A stretch of 64,000 nt of DNA from the NCBI GenBank assembly GCA_938042195.1, contig CALIRQ010000007.1, forward strand, positions 180-64,179, given 5' to 3'. The stretch comes from an uncultured archaeon. GTDB taxonomy: Archaea; Thermoproteota; Bathyarchaeia; 40CM-2-53-6; CALIRQ01. Below the pieces are notes generated by a model that was given only the letters and a program-made list of their open reading frames with translations, made no database searches and was not told where the DNA came from. Below, one piece after another: positions 10,133 through 20,196 of this stretch; position 1 is the first letter of the stretch, and each line of letters starts with the position of its first letter. The translations under genes were made by a program, and so were the position numbers.

Positions 10133-10960
10133 ATGGGAGAGGCGGTGGAGCATCCGGCCCTTAAGTACTTCAGGAAGGAGAGGTTGCCGCACGTTTGGTG
10201 CGCGGGTTGCGGCACTGGGCAAATATTCCATTATACGGTCAAGGCGATAGAGGAGCTCGGCTTGGATCCGGATCGAGTGGTTTGGGTCAGCGGGATAGGT
10301 TGCAGCGGCCGGATCGGGGCCTACTGGATAGGGGACAATATGCACACCCTCCACGGCCGGCCCTTGGCCTTCGCGACGGGCATAAAGCTCGCGAGACCAG
10401 AGCTGAAGGTCATAGTCCACGGCGGGGATGGAGATCTGGCCTCCATAGGCGGGAACCATTTGATCCATGCTGCTAGGCGCAACGTGGGCTTGACGGTAAT
10501 ATGCGTTAACAACTTCAACTACGGCATGACGGGGGGCCAAGTATCGCCCACGACGCCCCTCGGCTCCGTGACCACCACGACGCCCTTCGGGAACGAGGAA
10601 CCGCCCTTCGATCTATGCGATCTCGTCGCCTCGGCCGGGGCCACCTACGTTTCCCGATGGACGACCTTTCACGCCAGGCCGGCCATAAACTCCATAAAGA
10701 AGGCCCTCCAAAGGGATGGCTTCTCCTTCATAGAGATAGTTTCCCAATGCGTCACCACATACGGCAGGAGGAACCGGATGGGGGATGGGCCGCAGATGAT
10801 GAGGGCCTTTCAGCGGATGTCGGTCACGAAGGAGCAGGCGGCAAGGATGTCGGAGGAGGAGTTGAGGGATAAGATAGTCGTGGGGGAGTTCGTCGATCGC
10901 CAGAGGCCGGAGTTCTCGGCGATGAAAAGGGAATTGATGAAAATGGCCAGGGGGGGATAG
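10133..10960 (+). CDS. korB: 2-oxoacid:ferredoxin oxidoreductase beta subunit (TPP-binding)
   Basis: WCAGCGTGQ and GIGCSGR plus GGDGD TPP-binding motif; 2-bp spacing after korA. Confidence 0.85.
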   Translation: MGEAVEHPALKYFRKERLPHVWCAGCGTGQIFHYTVKAIEELGLDPDRVVWVSGIGCSGRIGAYWIGDNMHTLHGRPLAFATGIKLARPELKVIVHGGDGDLASIGGNHLIHAARRNVGLTVICVNNFNYGMTGGQVSPTTPLGSVTTTTPFGNEEPPFDLCDLVASAGATYVSRWTTFHARPAINSIKKALQRDGFSFIEIVSQCVTTYGRRNRMGDGPQMMRAFQRMSVTKEQAARMSEEELRDKIVVGEFVDRQRPEFSAMKRELMKMARGG

Positions 10961-10964
10961 GGAC

Positions 10965-11543
10965 GTGGCGGGGAGCCGTAAGGAGATATTGATCGCCGGG
11001 TTCGGCGGGCAGGGGATAATACTCGCGGGCGTTATCCTCGGGAGAGCCATAGCGCTTTACGAGGGGAGGAACGCCATCCAGATCCAATCCTACGGACCCG
11101 AGGCCAGGGGGGGCGCGTGCAGGTCCGAGGTCGTTATATCGGATGAGGAGATAGACTATCCCATGGTCACCAAGCCGGACGTCTTCGTTGCCATGAGCCA
11201 GGAGGCCTTCGATAGGTATATGGGGCGCTTGAAGCCCGAGGGGACGCTGATAGTGGATTCCAGCATAGTGCGCTTCGATGAGGGCAAGATTCCCCCTAGA
11301 GCCTATTTGGTCCCGGCCACGCTCGCCGCCGATGGGCTCGGTAGGAGGATCGTCGCCAACGTGGTCATGCTGGGAGCCTTTGGCGGGCTGACAGGCTTGG
11401 TTTCCAAAAGGGCCTTGGAGAGATCCCTCAGAGATACTGCGCCCAAGGGAACGGAGGAGCTGAACCTGAGGGCATTGGCGAAGGGATTCGAGATCGCCGA
11501 GGGCCTCCGCAAACAGGATCTTCAGGGCTTGAGCGGACATTAG
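10965..11543 (+). CDS. korC: 2-oxoacid:ferredoxin oxidoreductase gamma subunit
   Basis: GTG start; ILIAGFGGQGIILAG gamma-subunit signature; no delta (ferredoxin) subunit gene follows. Confidence 0.8.
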   Translation: MAGSRKEILIAGFGGQGIILAGVILGRAIALYEGRNAIQIQSYGPEARGGACRSEVVISDEEIDYPMVTKPDVFVAMSQEAFDRYMGRLKPEGTLIVDSSIVRFDEGKIPPRAYLVPATLAADGLGRRIVANVVMLGAFGGLTGLVSKRALERSLRDTAPKGTEELNLRALAKGFEIAEGLRKQDLQGLSGH

Positions 11544-11699
11544 ATCAAGCGAGATCAAAAACGTTTTAGGGAGTATAGCGGCGTGAGGGGATCAAAGAGG
11601 CTGGCCAAGTGGCCCTTGGCAAACCCTCCTATTTCAAAACAGCTCTTGGGTTCGCTGTAGGCCATTTGGGGATGATAAAAAGGGATGGAGATGGAACCT

Positions 11700-12827
11700 C
11701 TATTTCCAGGGATCCAGGACGGCCTTCACGACCTTCCAGTCCCTGACCATCTCCACGGCCTTTGTCGTCTCCTCGAGCGGGAACCTATGGGAAACTAGGT
11801 CCTCAAACCTGTACTTGGAGTTCGCCTTGGCCATGAACCTGACGGCCCTCCAAGTATGCCTCGGCTCCCAAGAGTAAGAGCCCTTGATGGTTATGTGCTT
11901 GAAGGTCACCCAGAAGGGATGGAAGCCCTCAACTGGCCCCGCGTCCATGAATTGGCCCACGACCACGTACGTCCCCCCGTCCCTGACCATCCTAACGCCC
12001 TCCGCGAAGGCATTAGGAACGCCAGAGCATTCAAAGACCACGTCGGCCCCCTGCCCCCCGATCGAATATTCCTTCACGAGCCTTATCCGCTCCTCCGGGT
12101 CCCTGACCTCCGATATGTCTATAGTATGATCCGCGCCCCACTTCCTGGCCAGCTCCAATCGCTCCCTAGGGCCGCCGATGACTATGACCTTATCGGCGCC
12201 CGATTCCTTGGCGATTATGGCTCCGAAGAGGCCAACTGCCCCGCTTCCCTGCACGGCGACCGTATCCCCTTCCCTTATTCCCGCCCTTTCGGAGGCATGT
12301 ATCATCGTTGGCGCCGCGCAGCCAGCGGCGACGAGGGCATCGGCGGGCAAGTCCTTCGGGAGCTTGAACACGGCCGTCTCCGGGAACAGGTAGCAATATT
12401 GGGCCCATCCGCCCGTGAAGTGCGGGGGCTTGTCGCACGATAGCGCCGCCCCATACGTCCTCCTGTTGAGGCATTTGTTTGGGATGCCCGCGACGACGCA
12501 GTTGTAGCACCGATAGCAGTAGCGGCCTATCGTGGTCGGCCAAGTGATGCGATCGCCGATCGAGAGCGGCTCCCCGGTCCAATCCCTTTCGACGCCCTCC
12601 CCGAGGGCTATGACCTCGCCGACGTTCTCATGGCCTAATATAACTGGGAACGAGAGGACCTTTCCGCCCGTATGGCCGAGCCATGTGTGGACATCGGTGC
12701 CGCAGACGCCCGCCGATAGCATTTTAACCAATATGGCGCCCGGCTCAACCTTTGGGATCGGATACTCCCTGACCTCGAACGGCCTCTTGAAACCAACCAT
12801 CACAGCGGCCTTTCCCTTATCTGGCAA
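11700..12827 (-). CDS. Zn-dependent alcohol/threonine dehydrogenase family (MDR) oxidoreductase
   Basis: GVCGTDVH...GHENVGEV catalytic-Zn motif, structural-Zn Cys cluster, GSGAVGL Rossmann motif. Confidence 0.75.
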   Translation of the reverse strand: MPDKGKAAVMVGFKRPFEVREYPIPKVEPGAILVKMLSAGVCGTDVHTWLGHTGGKVLSFPVILGHENVGEVIALGEGVERDWTGEPLSIGDRITWPTTIGRYCYRCYNCVVAGIPNKCLNRRTYGAALSCDKPPHFTGGWAQYCYLFPETAVFKLPKDLPADALVAAGCAAPTMIHASERAGIREGDTVAVQGSGAVGLFGAIIAKESGADKVIVIGGPRERLELARKWGADHTIDISEVRDPEERIRLVKEYSIGGQGADVVFECSGVPNAFAEGVRMVRDGGTYVVVGQFMDAGPVEGFHPFWVTFKHITIKGSYSWEPRHTWRAVRFMAKANSKYRFEDLVSHRFPLEETTKAVEMVRDWKVVKAVLDPWK

Positions 12828-12939
12828 AGATGACCCACCACGCTATAGTAGTTGTCGGAGTGATGTATTAAAGTCTTTATCTAATGAAAATTATAGAATA
12901 AACAATTTTTCGTTCGTTCGAAAATGGCGGAGTGAGGGC

Positions 12940-13830
12940 TTAGATCCTATCGTCGAACTCCCTATTCCTCACCTCGACTTTGATCTTCTTGACCTCCTCT
13001 ATGAACTCGGCGAATTTATCGGCCCAGATCCGGTATATCCTCTCCGCCTTCTCCGCGCTCGCGTTCGCCGGGTTCCCCACTATGCCGGTATCGCAATACT
13101 CATGATGCTCCATCGGCAGGTAGATCATCTGATCCTGGCCCTTGAAGACGACGTATGGGTTCCCGGCGTTCTTGCCGAATTTATCCTGCGGCAGGTACTT
13201 CGGCGCGTGAACGTCGCTCTTCTTCCAAACCGCCCTCTCCCAAGAGCATGCCTCTGGATTATACATAAGGCAGAGCGAGAACTCGTCCTCGCCCGCATGC
13301 CATCCCGGCCACTCATCCGGCGGGTTTTGGAGTATTGCTCTGATCTCGGGCATCAGCGGAGCAAATTCGGCATCGGCCCTGAATAGGGCGGTGAAGGCCC
13401 CAGTCTTGTACTTGATTATCCTGAGTATCGGATCTATGACCTTTATGTTGGAGGTATGGCCCGTGACGTAGATCAGCTTATTGAAGCCATGGTGGATGAG
13501 GCTCCTCCCGATGTCGTACATCAGGGCCTCATACGTGCTGGCCCTAACGGTTATCGTCCCGGCCCCGGAGCCCGGCGGCCTCATGTGATGGGGCGAATAG
13601 CCAAACCAGACCAAGGGGGTATGGAGGACCTGGGCCTTCTCAGCGGCCCATTTGGTCACTATCCATGCGCCGAGGCTGTCGGTGGAGAGCAGGGCCGCGG
13701 GCCCATGCTGCTCGCAGCTACCGACCGGTATGAGGCATATATCCGTCCTCTTGAGCCATTCGGCGACATCGTGGGCGGTCATTTCGAATATGTTGTATTT
13801 GGAATACCACCAATCCGGGTATACGGGCAT
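12940..13830 (-). CDS. creatininase-family amidohydrolase (ArfB-like)
   Basis: IPVGSCEQHGPAALLSTD motif of the creatininase fold; 296 aa with an extended C-terminus. Confidence 0.6.
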   Translation of the reverse strand: MPVYPDWWYSKYNIFEMTAHDVAEWLKRTDICLIPVGSCEQHGPAALLSTDSLGAWIVTKWAAEKAQVLHTPLVWFGYSPHHMRPPGSGAGTITVRASTYEALMYDIGRSLIHHGFNKLIYVTGHTSNIKVIDPILRIIKYKTGAFTALFRADAEFAPLMPEIRAILQNPPDEWPGWHAGEDEFSLCLMYNPEACSWERAVWKKSDVHAPKYLPQDKFGKNAGNPYVVFKGQDQMIYLPMEHHEYCDTGIVGNPANASAEKAERIYRIWADKFAEFIEEVKKIKVEVRNREFDDRI

Positions 13831-13951
13831 CCGCGATCACTTCGGGGAAACGAAATCCGCTCCAAGTTAATATGCCTTTCCTAAATCGGGCCCCTAGCGG
13901 GGCGAATGTTTTATAAATGATTCTCAAATCCCCATTATGAGGGAAACGGCC

Positions 13952-15805
13952 ATGGTTTATGGCTATGCCGGGAAGATTTTGAGGGTTGATCTGAGCGCGG
14001 GGAAGACCAAGGATGAGCCGCTGGATATGGAGTGGGCAAGGAAATTGATCGGCGGGGCCGGCTACGCCGCGAAGATACTCTTCGAGGAGGTCGGCCCTGG
14101 GGTCGATCCGCTGAGCCCGGAGAACAGGCTGATATTCATGACGACGCCCGCCATAGGGAGCGGCTTCCCATGCGGCAACAAGATGCAGGTCGTCGCCAGG
14201 TCTCCGTTGACCGGGATCTGGGGAGATGCGACTTTCTCGCCTAGGTTCGCCTTAGAGTTGAAGAGGGCCGGGTATGATGGCATAGTGGTTCAAGGGAAGG
14301 CGGATAAGCCCGTATATCTGTGGATCAACGACGGCAAGGCCGAGCTCAGGGATGCGAGCAAGCTCTGGGGGAAGGAGACGTTCGAGACGATAGAATTGAT
14401 CAGGAAGGAGATTGGGGATGAAAGCGTCAGGGTTGCGGCGATAGGGCCCTCCGGTGAGATGCAGCTGAAGCTGGCTTGCATAATTAGCGACGATGGGAGG
14501 GCCGCGGGGAGGACCGGGATGGGAGCCGTGATGGGCTCCAAGAACCTCAAGGCCATAGCCGCCAAGGGCAGCGGGAAGATTGAGGTGGCGAATTCCGAGA
14601 AGATAAGGGCTCTATCGGCGGAAGCGATAAAGATCTCAATGGAGAAGACCCAAGCCCTTAGGAACTTCGGCACCGCGGGCGGCGTCCTAACATTCGAGGA
14701 GATGGGGAACTTGCCGATGAGGAACTTCACCAGGGGCAGGTTCCCGGGAGCGCCGAACATATCGGGCCAAAGGATGGCCGAGACGATCCTGACGAACAGA
14801 GAGGCCTGCTTCACTTGCCCCATCGCCTGCGGTAGATACGTGGAGGTCAAGGAGGGCCCGTATAAGATGAAGGGCTTCGGTCCTGAGTACGAGACGATCG
14901 CCATGATCGGCTCCGACTGCTGGATCGATAACTTGGAGGCGATCGCGAAGGCGAACGATATATGCAACCGATATGGAATGGATACGATATCGGTCGGCGG
15001 GACGATAGCCTTTGCCATGGAGTGCTACGAAAAGGGCCTGATCACCAAGAACGATACCGGTGGGCTGGAATTGACTTGGGGCAATCACGAGGCAATGGTA
15101 AAACTCGTCGAGCAGATGTGCAAGAGGGAGGGCTTCGGGGCAGTATTATGCGATGGCTCGAGGATTGCCGCGCAGAGGATAGGGAAGGGTTCTGAGAAAT
15201 ACGCAATGCAGGTGAAAGGCCTGGAGATACCGGCCCATAACCCGTACAGGTTCAAGACGATGGGCTTGAACTATGCAACGGGCAACAGGGGCGCCTGCCA
15301 CAACAGGGGCTCGCCCTCCTATCCGGCGAGGGGCATCACAAGCCCCGAGATAGGCCTCGGGGAGAAATACGATGGGTTCTCCCCGGTCGGCGGCGGAAGG
15401 ATCACCAAGATCCATCAGGATGCCTGCGCCCTCGTGGATTCATTTGGGATGTGCAAATTCATGCAGTTCTTCGGCGGGCTCAACCTGAATATGATGACCG
15501 AGCTCTACAACGCGATAACGGGATCCAACGCCACCCTACAAGAGCTCATGAAGGCTGGGGAGCGCATATGGATTCTACAAAGGTCCTTCAGCGTTAGGAT
15601 GGGCCTTTCGAGGAAGGATGATAGGTTGCCGGATCGCTTCCTGAAGGAGTCGCCGCCGGATGGCGCCATAGCCGGCCAAGTCGTCGAGTTGGATCAAATG
15701 CTCGAGGAGTACTATAGGGAGAGGAAACTCGATGCGAACGGCAGGCCGAGCGAGGAGAAGTTGAGGGAGCTCGGCTTGGACTTCGTGATCAAGGCGCTTC
15801 AATGA
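13952..15805 (+). CDS. aor: tungsten-containing aldehyde:ferredoxin oxidoreductase (AOR family)
   Basis: N-terminal YGYAGKILRVDLS and overall AOR-family sequence; start taken at the internal ATG (listed ORF starts 5 codons upstream). Confidence 0.85.
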   Translation: MVYGYAGKILRVDLSAGKTKDEPLDMEWARKLIGGAGYAAKILFEEVGPGVDPLSPENRLIFMTTPAIGSGFPCGNKMQVVARSPLTGIWGDATFSPRFALELKRAGYDGIVVQGKADKPVYLWINDGKAELRDASKLWGKETFETIELIRKEIGDESVRVAAIGPSGEMQLKLACIISDDGRAAGRTGMGAVMGSKNLKAIAAKGSGKIEVANSEKIRALSAEAIKISMEKTQALRNFGTAGGVLTFEEMGNLPMRNFTRGRFPGAPNISGQRMAETILTNREACFTCPIACGRYVEVKEGPYKMKGFGPEYETIAMIGSDCWIDNLEAIAKANDICNRYGMDTISVGGTIAFAMECYEKGLITKNDTGGLELTWGNHEAMVKLVEQMCKREGFGAVLCDGSRIAAQRIGKGSEKYAMQVKGLEIPAHNPYRFKTMGLNYATGNRGACHNRGSPSYPARGITSPEIGLGEKYDGFSPVGGGRITKIHQDACALVDSFGMCKFMQFFGGLNLNMMTELYNAITGSNATLQELMKAGERIWILQRSFSVRMGLSRKDDRLPDRFLKESPPDGAIAGQVVELDQMLEEYYRERKLDANGRPSEEKLRELGLDFVIKALQ

Positions 15806-15812
15806 GCGACAA

Positions 15813-16076
15813 ATGAGGGTAAGGATCAAGCCGCTTGGGATATTTAGGGATTTGGCGGAGAGCGCCGTCGTAGAGGTGGAGCTGAAGGAGGGGTCTACTG
15901 TTGGCGACCTCATCGAGGAGCTCGATCGCAGATATAGGGGCTTCAAGGAGGCCGCCACGAAACCATATGTGACGATAGCCGTCAATGGGAGGGAGATAGA
16001 GTTCACTAAGGGCTTCGAGACCGAGCTCTCAGATGGAAGCGTCGTGGCCTTCCTCCCACCCTACGCCGGCGGCTAA
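15813..16076 (+). CDS. MoaD/ThiS-family sulfur-carrier protein
   Basis: 87 aa ending in GG, beta-grasp-like; directly downstream of aor. Confidence 0.6.
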   Translation: MRVRIKPLGIFRDLAESAVVEVELKEGSTVGDLIEELDRRYRGFKEAATKPYVTIAVNGREIEFTKGFETELSDGSVVAFLPPYAGG

Positions 16077-16187
16077 TTCCCCTTCCCTTTTTTCTATTTT
16101 ATCTACAAGAAGCTAGGCTTATATTGATAGAAGGGCCTACCCCGGCCCATAATAAGCGAGGCGGGGAGGATACCAGAACTGGGCTAC

Positions 16188-17720
16188 TTGCTCGGTTGCG
16201 ATGTCGGGACGACCGGTACCAAGACCCAGATATTCGACGCGGAGGGGAAGCTCGTCTCCCAATCCTATAGGGAATACCCCCTTATCTACCCGAAGCTCAG
16301 ATGGGTTGAGGCCGATCCGGAGGGGCATTATTGGTGGGCCGTTAAGGAAACGTTCAGCGAGGCCATAAAGAGAAGCGGGATAAATCCGAAGGATATCGAA
16401 GGGATATCGGTGAGCTGCACCAATTGCATATTGGCGGTCGATAGGGAAGGAATGCCCCTTAGGAACGCCATAATGCAATTGGATAAGAGGATGGTCCCTC
16501 AGGCTGAGTGGATAAAGGAGCACATAGGACCGAGGAGGATATTCGAGAAAACGGGCAATAGGATATCCGCCGGTGGGACCGCGGCGCCGACGATACTATG
16601 GATCAAGGAGGAGGAGCCGAAGGTCTTCGAGAAGACGTACAAGTTCCTTTACCCGACGGGCTATATAGTCCATAAACTAACCGGCGAGTTCTCCATCGAG
16701 TACAGCAGGGCCTCGTTTACGATATTATTCGAGGTCGGCGGGAAGAAGACTTGGAGCGAAGAGATATGCGAGGAGATGGGCATACCGATCGATAAGCTCC
16801 CTAAAGTATACGCCCCTTGGGACATCGTTGGCGAGGTCACGGAGGAGGCGGCAAAGGCTACGGGGCTAGCCAAGGGGACCCCGGTCGTGGCCGGCATGGC
16901 CGATACACCAGCGGCCGGCTTGGGTACCAAGGCCGCTAGGCCGGGGGACTTCTTCCACGTCATGGGGACGGTGGGCCGCCCATCAATAATAATGGATGAG
17001 CCGAAATTCGATGATAGATTCGTGAACATCTGCCATGCCGTCCCCGGGACCTGGATGTCCTTTGGGGTTATGGAGGGTTGTGGGATATCCGTGCGCTGGT
17101 TCCGGGACCAATTCGGGAAATTGGAGTCGATCCTCGGGAACGATATAGGCAAGAGTCCCTATGAGCTATTGGACGCGGAGGCGGAGCGCTCCCCGCCGGG
17201 ATCTAGGGGAATAATCTACCTCCCCTATATAGCGGGAGAGAGGCATACTCCTATATGGGATCCAAACGCTAGGAGCGTGTTCTTCGGCCTCACGGCGAGT
17301 CATACGAGGGCCGATATGTTCCGGTCCATATTGGAGGGCTTGGCTTTCGGATTGAGGCATAACATGGAGATCTTCGAGAGCATCGGTCTGAGGATAAAGG
17401 AGATATTGATAAGCGGCGGGGTATCAAAGAGCAAGCTAGCGATGCAGATACACGCCGATGTAACCGGGAAGCCCGTTATGAACGTGAACATACCCGATAG
17501 CGAACCTTTTGGAAACGCCGTCCTAGCTGGATACGGCGTCGGCGTCTATAAGGATATCCCAACGGCCGAAGACGAGTTGATAAAGATCGCAAGCGTCGTG
17601 AGGCCCAGGGCGGAATATTATGATCTATATAGCAAGTTGTTCGAGATCTATAAGGATCTCTATTGGCACCTCAGGGAGGACTTCGAAAAGCTCGGCCGGA
17701 TAGAGCAAGTGGCCAAATGA
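16188..17720 (+). CDS. FGGY-family carbohydrate kinase (xylulokinase/glycerol kinase-like)
   Basis: TTG start; N-terminal LGCDVGTTGTK and FGGY C-terminal domain motifs; 510 aa. Confidence 0.75.
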   Translation: MLGCDVGTTGTKTQIFDAEGKLVSQSYREYPLIYPKLRWVEADPEGHYWWAVKETFSEAIKRSGINPKDIEGISVSCTNCILAVDREGMPLRNAIMQLDKRMVPQAEWIKEHIGPRRIFEKTGNRISAGGTAAPTILWIKEEEPKVFEKTYKFLYPTGYIVHKLTGEFSIEYSRASFTILFEVGGKKTWSEEICEEMGIPIDKLPKVYAPWDIVGEVTEEAAKATGLAKGTPVVAGMADTPAAGLGTKAARPGDFFHVMGTVGRPSIIMDEPKFDDRFVNICHAVPGTWMSFGVMEGCGISVRWFRDQFGKLESILGNDIGKSPYELLDAEAERSPPGSRGIIYLPYIAGERHTPIWDPNARSVFFGLTASHTRADMFRSILEGLAFGLRHNMEIFESIGLRIKEILISGGVSKSKLAMQIHADVTGKPVMNVNIPDSEPFGNAVLAGYGVGVYKDIPTAEDELIKIASVVRPRAEYYDLYSKLFEIYKDLYWHLREDFEKLGRIEQVAK

Positions 17721-17781
17721 AGCTGCGGATGGTCCATCGGCCCCCATCCGGGCGGGGATTGTTAAAACATTTTAAGCAAGC

Positions 17782-19023
17782 ATGACCAAGGCATTTGCGG
17801 TGTGGGGTTTGGATAAGACGGTCCTGATAATAGCGACCTTGGATACGAAGGGGGAGGAAGTGAAGTACATAAAGGAGAGGCTTGAGGGTAAGGGCAAGCG
17901 CGTATTGGTCATGGATTCGGGCACCCGCGGGGTTCCAATTGGCGTAAGGGCCGACATACCCCGGGAGGAGGTGGCGAAGGCCGCCGGGCATGATATAAGG
18001 GAGATCAGCGAGATGAGGCGCGGCCCGGCGATAGAGGCGATGAAGAAGGGGATAGCCAAGATCTGTAAGGAGCTCTACGAGTCCGGTAGGATCCATGGCA
18101 TAATGTCCGTTGGGGGCTCTGACGGCGCCTGCTTGGCATCGGCGGGCATGCAGGTCCTGCCCGTGGGCGTTCCAAAGCTACTCGTATCACCGGTCTTCCA
18201 AGGCAAGGAGGCGTTCGGGGAGTTCGTCGGGACCAAGGACGTGATATGCATGCATTCCATGATAGACATACTCGGGATAAACCAATTCAGCAGGAAGATA
18301 TTCGATAACGCGGTCGGAGCCATGATCGGGATGCTGGATGCCGAAGTCAGCCCAAAGATCGAGAAAAGCAAGATGATCGGGACGACCATGTACGGGAATA
18401 CGACTCCGGCGGTCATGAGGGCCAAATCGCTCCTCGAAAGGGATGGGTTTGAGGTCCTAGTCTTCCACCCCAACGGGACTGGGGGGAGGATAATGGAGCA
18501 ATTGGCCGAGGAGGGAGTGTTGGCGGGTGTTCTCGATATAACGCCTCATGAGTTCGTGGACGAAATGTACGGGGGGCAGCACGCGGGCGGGCCTAGGAGG
18601 TTGGAGATTGTCGGCGAGGCCGGAGTGCCGCAGGTCGTTGCGCCAGGTTGCGTTGACTTCATATTATGGGGAGGGCCCTTGCCGGAGAAGTATAAAGCGA
18701 GGAGGACCTATCCCTTCAACCCCTACCTGACGCTTATTAGGACGACCGTGGAGGAGGCGATAGAGATAGGCAAAACGATGGCTAGGAAGCTGAATAAGGC
18801 GAGGGGGCCCGTCACCGTGGTCGTGCCGCTGAGGGGAATGTCCATGTACAATAGGCCGGGCGATCCCATATACCATCCCGAGGCGGATGCGGCATTCCTC
18901 AAATCCCTGAAAGAGAATTTGGACCCCAAGATAAAGCTGGTTGAGGTCGACGCCCACATAAACGACCCGATCTTCGCCGAGATATGCGTCTCGGAGCTGA
19001 AGGCAATCCTCGGGAAGGCTTAG
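17782..19023 (+). CDS. UPF0261 (Tm-1-like) family protein
   Basis: 413 aa; pattern resembles the UPF0261 family of unknown function. Confidence 0.5.
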   Translation: MTKAFAVWGLDKTVLIIATLDTKGEEVKYIKERLEGKGKRVLVMDSGTRGVPIGVRADIPREEVAKAAGHDIREISEMRRGPAIEAMKKGIAKICKELYESGRIHGIMSVGGSDGACLASAGMQVLPVGVPKLLVSPVFQGKEAFGEFVGTKDVICMHSMIDILGINQFSRKIFDNAVGAMIGMLDAEVSPKIEKSKMIGTTMYGNTTPAVMRAKSLLERDGFEVLVFHPNGTGGRIMEQLAEEGVLAGVLDITPHEFVDEMYGGQHAGGPRRLEIVGEAGVPQVVAPGCVDFILWGGPLPEKYKARRTYPFNPYLTLIRTTVEEAIEIGKTMARKLNKARGPVTVVVPLRGMSMYNRPGDPIYHPEADAAFLKSLKENLDPKIKLVEVDAHINDPIFAEICVSELKAILGKA

Positions 19024-19037
19024 CCAACCTTCCCCTC

Positions 19038-19715
19038 TCATCGCTTCAGGCCGAGCGCGCCTATAAGCTCCTCAATACCCTCTCCCGTCTTCGCGCTGGT
19101 CCTCACAACGGTTATTTTCGGATTTATCCTCTTGGCCTCCCTCTCGAGGCTATCGGGATCCACGCCCATGTACTTCGCCATATCCATCTTGTTTATCACG
19201 GCCACTTGGGAGGCCATGAACATGAACGGATGCTTGGACACCATGTACTCGCCCTCGGTCACGCTCACAACGACCATCCTTTTATGGGCTCCAAGCGGGA
19301 ACTCCGCGGGGCATATCAGGTTTCCGACGTTCTCTATGAATATCAAGTCCAAGGAATTGAGGTCCAAGGCCTTGAGGGCCTTCGCTACGAGGTTCGCATC
19401 CAAATGGCATTCCTTCCCGGTATTCACTTGGATCGAAGCGATGCCCCTTTTGCGCATCCTCTCCGCATCGATCGAGGTCGTGACGTCTCCGGCTATGACG
19501 GCGATTCTGTATTTCCCCTTCAGCGCCTCCGATAGCGATTCCAATATGGCCGTTTTGCCAGATCCTACGGAACCCATCACATCTATGGCCACGATGCCCT
19601 TCTCATCCAGAAGCCTCCTATTGGAATCGGCTATCTCCCTATTCCTCCTGAGCACGTCCTCCTCCAGCTCTATGTCGAATACTTCCCCTTCCTCAGCGAC
19701 TATGGGTTCCGGCAT
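19038..19715 (-). CDS. hypB: hydrogenase nickel-incorporation GTPase HypB (G3E family)
   Basis: GSVGSGKT P-loop, IENVGNLICP motif, NKMD; acidic N-terminus without a Cys cluster, as in archaeal HypB. Confidence 0.8.
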   Translation of the reverse strand: MPEPIVAEEGEVFDIELEEDVLRRNREIADSNRRLLDEKGIVAIDVMGSVGSGKTAILESLSEALKGKYRIAVIAGDVTTSIDAERMRKRGIASIQVNTGKECHLDANLVAKALKALDLNSLDLIFIENVGNLICPAEFPLGAHKRMVVVSVTEGEYMVSKHPFMFMASQVAVINKMDMAKYMGVDPDSLEREAKRINPKITVVRTSAKTGEGIEELIGALGLKR

Positions 19716-20196
19716 GGATGGGCCCCGCCGCCCTCCGATATCTATGAACCTCGAAAAGGTCGAGGTCGCTTAAAGCCTTTACCGCCTCAACTGCCTTTGT
19801 CGAATATCCCTTTATGAGCAATTCCCTGACCATGTCCTCCGCTCGGCCCTTCAATTCTATCTCAACGGCCATCCCATTGGCTTCAAACCTCCCCTTAACC
19901 TTCCCAGAGCCCTCGATCCTTATATTCCCCTTGCCTAGCGTGCAAAGGGTCGAGACCTGAACGCCATCGGCCACGCAGGACACGGGCGGGGTTTGCCCCG
20001 TCTCCAGCGCTACCGAAAGCCCATTCATTCCATTGGCTCCTAGGAGCGCCTTGGCCAAGAGCCCCATCCTCAAGCCGATGGCCAAGTAGGGCCCCAGATG
20101 GCCGTGAAATTCCACCGCCTTGGATAGGAGGCGGTCGAAGGCCTCATCTGGCTTCGATCTCAAACGGCCGCACCCCCCGCCTCCTGAGCGCTCCAA
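19693..20196 (-). CDS. FmdE-domain protein
   Basis: FHGHLGPYLAIGLRMG matches the FmdE/FwdE core; overlaps the hypB start by 23 nt and the upstream membrane-protein ORF by 53 nt, so the true start may be internal. Confidence 0.55.
   Translation of the reverse strand: MERSGGGGCGRLRSKPDEAFDRLLSKAVEFHGHLGPYLAIGLRMGLLAKALLGANGMNGLSVALETGQTPPVSCVADGVQVSTLCTLGKGNIRIEGSGKVKGRFEANGMAVEIELKGRAEDMVRELLIKGYSTKAVEAVKALSDLDLFEVHRYRRAAGPIHAGTHSR

Noticed and set aside
11544-11699. C/D-box sRNA in the korC-adh spacer (GGGGATGATAAAAAGG)
   Set aside because: The sequence is GATGATA rather than the RUGAUGA C-box and no D-box/guide arrangement could be found by eye.
14290-15018. 242-aa antisense ORF inside aor, and similar long antisense ORFs inside the GAN gene (35454-36494), malic enzyme (40604-41362), KOR, ADH and others
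   Set aside because: These are shadow ORFs of GC-rich genes on the opposite strand. They show no motifs and have Ala/Ser/Pro/Arg-biased composition.
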